This document shows positions 47,646-59,257 of a DNA stretch of 64,000 nt, one piece after another. The position numbers and the translations under genes were made by a program. Position 1 is the first letter of the stretch. Each line of letters opens with the position of its first letter. This stretch comes from Camelus ferus (taxonomy: Eukaryota): positions 42,844,001-42,908,000 of the forward strand of contig NC_045697.1 of assembly GCF_009834535.1 (NCBI RefSeq), written 5' to 3'. The notes below the pieces were generated by a model. That model worked only from the letters and a program-made list of their open reading frames with translations, did no database searches and was not told where the DNA came from.

Positions 47646-48315
47646 ATGTTAGCGGTGGGGGCGATGGAGGGCACCCGGCAGAGCGCGTTCCTGCTCAGCA
47701 GCCCGCCCCTGGCTGCCCTGCACAGTATGGCAGAAATGAAGACCCCGCTGTACCCCGCTGCGTACCCCCCACTGCCCGCCGGCCCCCCTTCCTCCTCATC
47801 CTCCTCGTCCTCCTCGTCGTCGCCTTCTCCGCCTTTGGGCGCCCACAACCCAGGCAGCCTGAAGCCCCCTGCGGCGGGGGGGCTCTCGTCCTTAGGCAGC
47901 CCCCCACAGCAGCTCTCGGCCGCCACCCCACACGGCATCAACGACATCCTGAGCCGGCCCTCCATGCCCGTGGCCTCCGGGGCCGCCCTGCCCTCCGCCT
48001 CGCCCTCCGGTTCTTCCTCCTCTTCTTCCTCGTCCACCTCTGCTTCCTCCGCCTCGGCCGCGGCGGCCGCGGCCGCGGCCGCTGCGGCCGCCGCCTCATC
48101 CCCCGCGGGGCTGCTGGCTGGCCTGCCCCGTTTCAGCAGCCTGAGCCCGCCGCCGCCGCCGCCCGGGCTCTACTTCAGCCCCAGCGCCGCGGCTGTGGCC
48201 GCCGTGGGTCGGTACCCCAAGCCACTAGCCGAGCTGCCCGGTCGGACACCTATCTTCTGGCCAGGAGTGATGCAAAGCCCGCCCTGGAGGGACGCACGCC
48301 TGGCCTGCACCCCTC
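47646..48315 (+). CDS. NKX6-1: NKX6-1 coding exon 1 (N-terminal region, eh1/TN motif, poly-Ser and poly-Ala tracts)
   Basis: ATG at 47646 gives [32 protein letters not shown]...[10 protein letters not shown]...[22 protein letters not shown], the NKX6-1 N-terminus. Donor CCTC|GTGAG at 48315/48316. 670 nt, phase 1. Confidence 0.98.
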
Positions 48316-49975
48316 GTGAGTACTATCGCTCGCACCCAGTTGTGCTTGTTCTGCCCGCTCTCAGGTCACGGCCCCTGGTGTGCGTGCGGATCGGTCCACT
48401 CTTTTGCCTCCGGAGTAGTTTGGCAGTTCCGGAATTGCACGATTTAGGTTGGGCCAGGACGTTAGCGAGGGATTCTCGCTTTCCTGAGCTCGCGTGGTTG
48501 CGTGCAAGCGCCACCCGTTCCCCAGGTCTTGGGCACGCCTCGCGGAGCGGGTGTGCATGCGTCTCCGTGGAGCACAACATGGTTGCGGGGTATGTGTCTC
48601 ATACGAGGCAGGGACTGCTCCCGGAACAGCCTGGCCAGATCCGCAGGCCTGGCCTGGGTTAAAGAGGTAGGGTGGGCAGGAGAGGCTACTGCGTCCCGCC
48701 CGCATCCCTGTTTTCCTGGCTCCTGTCTGAGTGCTGAAGTCCCACTTGACCTACGCCAGACTAACTGGCCTCCTCTCTGGGAACCGGCGGGGACGGGCAG
48801 CGGCGAGCCCTCCACAGCCCCGGGCCGAGCGCATGTATTTGCATGCACGTCTCCGCCCAGGGTGTCCCCACCTCACCTCCTCGCTCTCGCCCCTTGAGTA
48901 CACTCAGCCTGGGTGAGCCCACTGAAGACAAGTCCGCAGCCCGCGGAGGAGGGTGAGCGCGGAGTCACCTCGGGCGGCTCTCCAGCGCTGGACCCTCGCT
49001 TTCCCACCTGCCTCCATCTCGGGGGTGGGGGTGGGGGGGTGGGTGGTGAGTGGGGCGGGATGACCTGGACCTGGACGTATTGAGGGGCATCGTTGCTCTC
49101 AACATCCCAACACGAGAAAGAACCGTAGGAAGAACGAGGTGACAGAACAAGGTTGGGAGGATGCAGCATCCCGCAGAGATCTTGCTTGAAACCAACTGAG
49201 TTAACCCAGGATCACGATAGTCTTCCAGGGTATTGGCCACCGCACCGCAGAGGCTCTCATCCTCCCGATGGCATTTGGGGCTCAGCCCTGGCTCCTTTTT
49301 TCTCTCTTTTCTTTGCTTTTGACTGAGTCCCTGAAGTTTCTTCGAAGTCTCCGGATCTCTTTACGTGGCAGTAACTGAGGGAAGTTGGGGGAGCCAAGTA
49401 GAGGCTCACTTGGGAAGCCTTGGGACGGAGGGCGGTCAGGACAGATGAGGGTATCGGGGAGACGCTATTGTACTCGTTTAGATGGCCACGTAGGGACTGC
49501 CAACAAAGGCGGCGCCCCTTCCCCCTCGACCACAGCGGCGTTAGACTTGGGGGCGATTTAGCTCTCTTGTGTTCCAAAAACAAGGCACCCTTTGTTGCGC
49601 AGGCACAGGTTAGGAAAGCATTCAAGGAACAAAACTAGTCATCCTTAAGCAAAGGCCCCGGAACCCAGCAAGCACCAACTAAATTAGGCACTACTAATTT
49701 CCCTCAACACTTCTCAGTTTACTGGGGCCTAGCGAGTCGCCCTGGCAAAGTTTAGCAATGTACTCTCTCGCTGTTGGACGTCGTTGTTGGGCAGGTTATT
49801 TCCTGCTGCTGCAAACACACTGGGCTTTTAAAAAACAGGTGGGCGTAAAAAGGCAAAGGAAGACATGCAGTGAGACTGGAAGTGCCACGACATCTCTGGT
49901 GCCCGCCACGGAATAAGCTTTCTTCCCCCCCACCCCCAAAACATTGTTTTCTTGAGTTCATTTCTTTTCAGTTGA

Positions 49976-50440
<465 letters not shown>

Positions 50441-52199
50441 TAGATAGCAGCATGTGCTGGGGGAACTCGTCATTATTAGAGAATAAAAGCATTACCGAAC
50501 TATCAGCCGGGTAATAGATCAGGCCAGTTAGATACCTTCTATCTATTTAATTTGTAAGAATATTCAAGCTTTTGTTTGTCAATCTAGGTTCCACTAGTTG
50601 TGTAATTTCCTATTGTAGATCAGCATTACAGTGCTACTATATTAACTTGCAGGTTAAGAAAACAGTCATTCCACAGAATCTAACCACTTAGCATGGACGC
50701 ATCAGCTTATAGCTTAACTGAAGACAGTCACTTTGGAATAATAATTTTCCAAATAAATTGACAACATTATTACCATCTTATGAAACAAATGTATCAATAG
50801 ATGTAAGATATTTTACATAAATTGTTTATGCCAACAATTTATAATTAAAATGTCACTTACCTTATAATTGAGTTGTACAGTATATTTCCAGGGAATCAAA
50901 TTGGAGAAATCTTTCCCTGAAAAATAAAGGGATTGAGCCAGCTAGGTACCTTAAATCTAGTGGTTTCCTATATTTCCAGTATTCAATTTCATTTCTCTTC
51001 TTCATTTTATTGTATTTGGGGGTTTGGGGGGGATATTGTCTAAGTCTGTTTGCATTAGTTATACTGTTGCTTTTACAATTAAGTAGAGATAACGTTAGCT
51101 ACGTCTGCTGGTTAGAGTATTTGCCCCTAGACAAGCATGATAAAATGCATTTCAGGAGTGATTTTGTATGTAACCATTAGAGTACCATCACAGTTATTTT
51201 TGCATTGGTTGGTACAGACCCTACCACAGTAATCTGGAGGTCTTCATTTGTCACCATAAATATGTCTGTGTGGCTAGAAGTGAATTATTATAGCTCTATA
51301 AAGAAACTAAAAATCACTTTTGTAACAATTCTGATTCTGTAGGTAAATACATAACAGATGAGAAAAATGGATGAGAAGCATAAAGAGGGGATGATTCAAT
51401 ATGTTTAGGAAATTGGTTGCTTATTGCTGATGCTTTAGGTTAAAATATGTGTATCAAACACGATGTTAAATGAACATTGTCGATAGGCTTAAATATTTGT
51501 ACAAAAATGAATGTCTTAAGGGGAACAATATTAAAATAATTGAAGGACTGCGTATACTAATAGTGGGAAATAATTGGCAAAATTTCACTTTTAAAAAACA
51601 CCTGATGAAAATTCTTGCTTGACTTTGGTTTTATGAAAAACATTAAACTGGAGAGACAGAGAGAGACAACCTACTGCTACGATTTTGACTGAGCTATTAA
51701 ATATTTTCATGGATTGATGTTGGTTATTATTACTGATTTGAGGTTTCTGTTTTAGCAGATTTTTTAAAAAAAACTTTACATCATATATAACAAGTGTAAA
51801 TGGGGAAGGGAGTGTCTTGTGTGTTTGTGTGTATTCAGACTTGAGGTAAGTGAAACAGACAAATACCCAAAAGTGAAAAGAACAGAGGTAATTGGGATAA
51901 ATGCTGTTTCTTCTCCCACAAATCACACTAAAAATCAAGTACACTTCAGATTCTTTGAATATCTTAATCTAAGAAAGTAAAAAATGAATAAAATCACAGT
52001 CATTGTGGGGCAATATTACGAAGGGAAGAAGTTTTCTATTCCAAACTAGAAAGTGGGAAAGCGGACTCTTTTAGGGAAACTCATTTTAAGTTTCCGAGTT
52101 TTTTCTCTTCTGAGAAATCGCTCACTGACAACCTCAATACTCTTGTGTTACTATCACTATGGCAACGGCAGTTTGTTGGTGCCTGCTACTCGGAGGAAG

Positions 52200-53150
52200 C
52201 TGGGGCGATGGAGACCGATTTGACGGCTTAAACTAGGGAGGGCCCTGAGGGAGTGTGTCCAGCCGTCAGGGGCCCGCAGGAGCGACTTTGGGATGTGGGA
52301 GAGGAGGCATTGCTTGGTACTGCACGCCTTAAATTCCTTCCGCCCCTGTTTCCCCTCTTCTTCCATTTCTCGGCCCCCAGGTCTGGTTCCAGAACCGCCG
52401 GACGAAGTGGAGGAAGAAGCACGCGGCCGAAATGGCCACGGCCAAGAAGAAGCAGGACTCGGAGACCGAGCGGCTTAAGGGGGCCTCGGAGAACGAGGAG
52501 GAGGACGACGACTACAACAAGCCCCTGGACCCCAACTCGGACGACGAGAAAATCACGCAGCTGCTGAAGAAGCACAAGTCCAGCAGCGGCGGCGGCGGCC
52601 TCCTGCTGCACGCGTCCGAGAACGAGAGCTCATCCTGAGCGCCCGCCGCCCGCCGGCCTCCGGCCACTTCGCGGGCACCGCGGGGACCGCGTCGTCTTCC
52701 CGCCCCTCGAGGCCCGGAGGACACGGCCCCGCCTGCGGGGGCCCTTTGCTATTTTCTGAGATGTACATGTCTATTTTTTTAACCTAGAAGTTGAGGGGGG
52801 CGGGGGAGAGTCTCGGAGGATGATAAGAAGGCAGAGAGGACCACGAAATGCACGGCACCAATCGCGCAACTGACGCCTGCAGCTGGGCCACCTTCCTGGC
52901 CCCGCTGGGTGTCCTGGCCCCTTCCCCCACCCCCACCCCCACGCCCCGCGTTCCCCCCACCCCCGCCCCCGCCCCCGCCTTTGCCTCGCGGCCGGCCGGG
53001 GCGGGGCGCGGATAGGTGATCCTGACCCATCGACACCCACCGCTCCCACCGCTCGGGGGACCTCGGAGCCACACCGGCTGGCAGCCGCCACAGATGGGAA
53101 GAGGGACGTTTCTCCCCCACGAACTGCTGTGCCGACTAAAGTAACCTGTT
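52200..53150. promoter_or_regulatory. CpG island over exon 3 and the 3' UTR
   Basis: Dense CpG and GC, separated from the main island by the AT-rich body of intron 2. Confidence 0.8.
52381..52638 (+). CDS. NKX6-1: NKX6-1 coding exon 3 (helix 3 [13 protein letters not shown] and acidic C-terminal domain)
   Basis: Polypyrimidine tract and CCCCCAG|GTC acceptor. Encodes [34 protein letters not shown]...[15 protein letters not shown]. Spliced CDS 670+173+258=1101 nt, in frame, 366 aa. Confidence 0.98.
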   Translation, partial: VWFQNRRTKWRKKHAAEMATAKKKQDSETERLKGASENEEEDDDYNKPLDPNSDDEKITQLLKKHKSSSGGGGLLLHASENESSS

Positions 53151-53164
53151 GAAGGCTCTTTGTA

Positions 53165-53170
53165 AATAAA
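53165..53170 (+). terminator. Probable NKX6-1 polyadenylation signal AATAAA
   Basis: First canonical hexamer after the stop, ~530 nt downstream, followed by T/GT-rich sequence where GC content drops. Confidence 0.7.
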
Positions 53171-54051
53171 TCGTGAGTCACACTGACTAGAAGTTACTTT
53201 ATTGTGAATATTTAAAATGTAAAATGCTCTTTTGAATTTGGTATAAAAAGATGGACTTCCTTCTTCCTGCTACCTTTCCCCTTTTAAGAGCTATTAAAAC
53301 CACATTTTCCCCTTTTATTTTGAACTTAATTGGAGAAGCATAGAAAAGAATGTTCTCATCCTCCCTCTCCTCTCGCTCCTCTCTCGGATTTGGATTTGTT
53401 CAATCTCATTTCCCCCTCCATCCCTTCTTGCTCTTCCCTGACCACCCCTGGCTCCGCGCCCAGGTCCCGCCTCCAGGACTTAAAGTAGAAGACTTGGAAC
53501 CGGGGTAGGCCCCAGACCCGCCTCTCCGTTCCTCTCTGAAATTGCACAGTCGTTTGTTGCTATTTATTAGTGATTTAAAGAAAGTGTTGGGGAGGGAGGG
53601 GCTACAATAGCTTGTATTTAATTTAACTCCTTTCTGATAAAAATGTGTGTTAAAGTAGATGGTGGGAATTGTTACAACCGCTCTGGGTCAGAAGCATAAA
53701 AACCCATTTAGTTGCTGTAACTGAATTTGAAGTGTTTTGTATCATAAGAATACTATAGACGATGTAAATTGTTTTCTTTTTTAAGCTAATAATGGTGATA
53801 TATTAGCATCTTTAACTTTTATTAATTTATATAAGGAATTCGGTTTGTAAAGAGAAGAAAATCCCCTTTGCAAGACCAGTTAAATGTAATGCACTTTCTG
53901 TTTCAAAGGTTAAATCAAATTAAAAAACAGTTTGAAGACGTCTGTTGCCTTGAATGAAAGGATATAGATCATCTGATCTCACCAGAGATCCCAAATAAAA
54001 GTAAAGATCACAAGCATACTATATTGGTTTCTTGGGTAAAATAGCTGCTGT

Positions 54052-54196
<145 letters not shown>

Positions 54197-55148
54197 GAGT
54201 AGGGTCACATCTATCTCTCATTCTCCTGGATTGGGAAGATAAATGCAGCCCCACTCATCAGGCTTCTTGGAGAGACTTGCCTAGCAGGCTGCCTCTGATG
54301 TCTGTGTTGTCTAATTTTTTTGTGATCGCTTTTTCCTTTGCAAGAAGTCCCTGGGGGGGTTTGGGAAGACCTAATTTCCATATATCCAAGATAGCTTCTC
54401 AATCCAGCCTTAGCTCCCTTAGCTGAGAGGAGGCAGTGGAGCTTGCTGTCAGTGCAGCACTGCTGTTTGATGCTAATATTCCCCCCACCCCCGTAGCTTA
54501 TAGAATGCAGAAGTTGGTAGAAAGTTGGGAATCCTGATTTTGCTAAACATTATACTAAAGACAGATTTAAGGAAAGCTGCTTCTAACTTATGTGAAACTC
54601 TCTAGGATTGAGGAAGCAATGTCACAGTTTCTGCAGCTGAATTTGCGAAAAGAAAAAAAAAAAAAAGTGGGAACCCCAGGGAGAGAGCTGCATCACTGTC
54701 TTGGGATCTTTTTGTTTTCAGACACTCAGTTATAGGCTCAGTGAAATATAGTTATCCCCTTAGTGTTTCAGGTTAATGAGCTTGTGTTCAAAGGAAGAAA
54801 AATCAATAGAATTCAGTAGATTCTTCAGGCTAGTGTTAGGTAAAGAAAGTATGGTCTATTTTGCTCCCTTGAAAATAAAAAAGCAGGGAAAACTAGGAAT
54901 GAAATTGCCTGAAGGAAATTATTGTAGAATACATTCCTGATGGCATGGTTTAGTGGAAAGAAAGGATGCAAATCTGCTTTATTCATTTTCTCTAGTTTGT
55001 CTGTGAAGCTCCCAATAAACTTTAAACTTCTGAATTTCAGTGTTCTTAGCAAGACTAAAGTGTGTCTCCTATAAAGAGGCAGCTATTTCAAAAGAGGCTT
55101 TGCTGTGCAGGGGTGATGTAATTTAAATCCTAGCTGTAAACAATACAT

Positions 55149-55298
55149 TCTTTCCTCCCTCCTTCCCTTCCTTCCCCCTTCCTTCCTTCCTTCCTTCCTT
55201 CCTTCCTTCCTTCCTTCCTTCCTTCCTCCCTCCCTCCCTCCCTCCTTCTCCCTCCCTGCTTCTCTCCCTCCCTTCCCTCTCTCTATCATCTTTCTTTT
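55149..55298. repeat. (CTTC)n/(CCCT)n polypyrimidine tract
   Basis: Directly visible, almost purine-free on the + strand. Confidence 0.95.
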
Positions 55299-56283
55299 TA
55301 TGAAAAAAACCTGGGGGTAGGGGCAAATCTGTTATCCTAAAGCTCCACTTTATTATTTGTCAATTTGCAACAAATGGAAGTCTCTTATCTACTTTATTTT
55401 TACCTTCATTGTCCCTCTTCTGTCTTGAAAAGCCAAGCAACTTCTTATTTATTCCTTCTTCCTAAGAAAACAAAAATTCACAAGGTAATTAGAAATGCTA
55501 TTCCTATAATATAATAAAAACTACTATACCAGTAGTAGTAGTAATATTGTAGCATCACTCATAGGAAACTTGGAACTAAGACTGAAGCTTTTTCTCAAGA
55601 AGCAAATAGGATTATAGTATTTATTCCAAGTTAGATATGTGGAGAGTCACCTCTTCCTGTTTCTTTAGGAAGCATTCTCTCTGAGCCCTTTACATTTAGA
55701 GCATCTGAGAAGTGTGAAAGCTGGTGTCCTGGCCTCCATCCTACAGGCAAATATGCAGAGGGCAGACAGTCTGCGTGCTTGCCAGCCTGTGCACTGAAGT
55801 GCTCTGAGCTGCGTGGGCAGCAGCCAGAGGTGGGCTCTGGGGGGGCTCTGGGGCCGCGCTGCATTGCCATGCGTTCCTTTATTCCAGGGGACTGCAGCAG
55901 TGACTGGAGGTTTCCAGTTAATTTACTTCCACCCAAGATTCCAGCTGGCCACCTCTTGCAACTGGCCCCATAAAACTGGGAGTGAGGAGGAAGTGGGGGG
56001 TGGGGAACTTACTTAGGCGTCCTTTATCCTGGTTGGTTTGGTTTAGTTCCATGTGTGTGCAACAGGAATGTTTTTCCTAAGAGTTAGCATGGTGGGGAAG
56101 CTGAGGGAAACGCTCTGCAGCTCAAGCAAGGGAGAGTAAGAATTATTTTTCATCTTGGCTCAAAAATTTTATGGCATTAACCAGCCCTAAGCATCTGATT
56201 AAGCCTGTCAATTAGTCATTACAGTTAAAGGGGTCATGATTTCAAAACAAAAAGTAACAGCAAGTGGCCTGATAGACCAGTGC

Positions 56284-56600
56284 TTTATTTTTTTTTATTT
56301 CCCAGTTTTATTGAGATACAATTGACAAATAACATTGTATAAGTTTAAGGTCTACAACATAGTGATTTGATATATGTATACACTGCAAAATGATCACAAT
56401 AAATCTAATTAACATCCATCACCTCATATAGTTAGAATTTTTTTTTCTTATGATGAAAACTTTTAAGATTTACTCTCTTAGCAACTTTTAAATGTACAAC
56501 ACAATATGGTTAACTATAGTTGCCAGGCTATACATTACATCCCTGGCTGTTTCCTACCTTTTGACTGCCATCACCCATTTCCCCCACCCCCACTCAACCT
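56284..56600 (-). mobile_element. L1 3' end (L1MA-like, 5'-truncated)
   Basis: Poly-T, then TTTATTGAGATACAATTGACA..AAGTTTAAGGTCTACAACA..TAACATCCATCACCTCA..CTCTTAGCAACTTT. Confidence 0.85.
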
Positions 56601-56719
56601 CTGCTTTTAAAAAGGCTTACAGGAAACAAAGTGTTAACATGGAAAACAGAATGAGAAAAACAAGGGTTTTTTGTGGGTGGCGAAAGGAAGATAAACCTGC
56701 TTTTCCATTTTTGTTTTAT

Positions 56720-56721
<2 letters not shown>

Positions 56722-56758
<37 letters not shown>
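56722..56758. repeat. (GT)n microsatellite
   Basis: About 18 GT units. Confidence 0.95.
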
Positions 56759-56759
<1 letters not shown>

Positions 56760-58329
56760 TTTTGCTGTAAAGGGAAAGTCAGTGAGGCTGGGTGAAGGAT
56801 ACAGTGGAAAGGAAGGGTCCTGTACATGTCTCTCAGGTGTCCCAGCAGCGTTCAAAATTTGAAGCTCCTCCTCAGTTATTTTCCCAGCCCCCAAAGTCCA
56901 AGTTCAGTTCTCCTCAATGATTAGCTTTCTCTTTGGTTAACATTCAGAGGATTCTGTATCTTAAATCTCTTACACCTTCTCTCCCAGAAGCTGTGGTTTA
57001 CTGAGCGACTTCCCAAGCTTGTGGGCACTGTAATTCACTTTTCCTTTCCCTACTTGGGAGACGATGGGAAGGGATGGAACCAAACATTGTTCATTCTTCT
57101 CTGAGAAGATTTGCATCCCTCACCACCCAGTGTGGAGGCAGTCTGGACAGGAGGCCAGCAGTTCTTGGAAATTCTAGGGAACAGAGACTGAGGGTGCCTT
57201 TGAAAACTTTTGGAGCCTAATGTCATGTTCATGAATATGTTATTAGACCAGCATCAGCCTGGGTAGATCTGCACTGTCTTGTCCTTTAAGCTGGTCATTA
57301 GCGCAAGCGCACGTGCACACACACACACAGACACAGAGGAGAGGTGAAATTCCACTTGCGAACTCCTAGCACTGAGCAGCTTGAAAGAGACAGGGACTCT
57401 TTTGTTAATCATTGACAATAGGACTGTGTAATACCAACAAAGGTAAGTGGTAGATTTCATCTATAAACTCTATTTTAGGCTAATCTAAGCAGATATCTCT
57501 GCACTAAATTTGCTCCCTCTTCCCACACAGATACATCTCCCTTCCTCAGGATGACTTTTTTAAAAAAACCCAGTTCCTCACTACACTACAGTTCCTTCCT
57601 TTTCTGGCATGAAAGTGTGTATTTTGTTCTATAGCATTTAGACTCAGCTTCACGGAGAAATACATTCTCCCTAATGTAGCTCATTTTAGGATCTGGAGAA
57701 AACACAATACTATAAACCCCGCATCTATTAACACACAGCTTAACTGGGGAGTAGACAGATGGTGTGAGTGTGATGACAAAAGGGCTGGGATATTTCCCCA
57801 AGTTAAGCCTTCAGCATTCCGTAGATTGGCCTGGGCTTGTTCCACAAACTCTCCAGTCTTCTTCTTTGATCCAAAGATTGTCCACCTCCAAGATGAAATG
57901 TCTAGATGTGTGTCATTTGTCTTCTGGCCTGGACCATGCATTTCCATTGAACACCACACTTGAAAAAGCAGAGCATAATGTCTCTGGTATTTAATATCTC
58001 CCGGAGCCCGGTGAGAATTCTGAAGTAGAAGCCCCATCCAGGGCTTCTGTCGTAGTATACTTTGAATAATAAGGGCGAGTTTGGATGAAGATACATTTAT
58101 GGTTGTAATTCTCTAGTCATCGTCTGCAGCATGGAGCCTTGTACTTGATGCTATGGCTCAGCTCTTAAAAAGAATTCTGTAAACATTTGTTTTCTATCCT
58201 GGACTTTTCTTCTTCCCTCTCTGTGCTCTTCATGTGGTCTGTAAAGATTTGTCTACTTTTCTCCCAAATTCAAATAGCCCCAAGTGAATGAGAGGGTCTA
58301 GAAATCTTTCATCTTTGTCATAATGAGGA

Positions 58330-58560
58330 GAGCACACAATAGCTGAGAGCAGGACGACGGAGCCAGATGATTTGGTCTATATCACTCTTTGGTTGTTTGT
58401 CTCGGTCAAATGATTCTACCTCTCTGCACCTCAGTCTTATCATCTGTAAAATGGAGATAAGAATTGCACCTATTTCATAGGGTGGCTAGGAGAATTAGAT
58501 GAAATATATATATATATATATATGAAGTTCTTAGAACAGTGCCTGGCCTAGTACAATATG
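58330..58560 (+). mobile_element. MIR SINE
   Basis: CCTCTCTGCACCTCAGTCTTATCATCTGTAAAATGGAGATAA..CTTAGAACAGTGCCTGGC. Another MIR lies at ~59380-59610. Confidence 0.8.
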
Positions 58561-58746
58561 GACATCTCAGCCATCACCATCATCATGATGAAAGGCCCAG
58601 TCTCAGGCTGTCCCAGGAGGGCTCAGGCCCTCCTCTCTTGTGCAGGATAACTATTTAACTGAGGAAAGGTTATGAAAAGTGAAAGTGAAAAGAGAAGTAG
58701 GAGCAAGGGATATTTTCTTTTATGTGAAACTTAAAGCCTAATTACT

Positions 58747-59257
58747 TGTGGTGGTTTTCAAATATTTTTTCTTCTTTTAAAAGATGGAGCCCAATGCCCC
58801 TCTTCTTGAGTGTGGTTGTATTTAGTGACTCTGATGAATAAAATGCAGCAGAAGTGATGGTGCATGGTTGGGTCATAAAAGGTACTGTAGCTTCCTCTGT
58901 GCTCTTCCTCTTGAATCACTCACCCTGAGGGAAGTCAGCTGCCATGTTGTGAGGACACTCAAGCAGCCCTGTGGGGAGGTCTGTTTGGTGAGAAGCTGAA
59001 GCCTCTGCCAACAATCAGTCCTAATTTGCAAGAAATGTAAATGAACTCTGGAAACAGATCCTCCAGCCCCATTCAAACTGTTGGCAGACTTGGCCAACAA
59101 GTTGACTGCAACCTTATGAGACACTCTGAAGCCGAATCACTCATCTAAGCTTTCCAGGATTCCTGAACTACAGCAAATGCATGAGATAATCAATGTTTAT
59201 TGTTTTAAGGCAATACATCTGGGGGTGATTTGTTATGTAGCATAGATAACTAATACA
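58747..59257 (+). mobile_element. MaLR LTR (MLT1F-like)
   Basis: TGTGGTGG start, CAGCTGCCATGTTGTGAGGACACTCAAGCAGCCC core, GTAGCATAGATAACTAATACA end. Confidence 0.85.

Noticed and set aside
47282..48037. 251-aa minus-strand ORF
   Set aside because: It is the antisense shadow of GC-rich exon 1 and the leader. The poly-Glu runs simply mirror the poly-Ser codons.
48316..48662. Read-through part of the 338-aa ORF
   Set aside because: It lies past the GTGAG donor in intron 1. Similarity to NKX6-1 stops at ACTP and resumes in exon 2.
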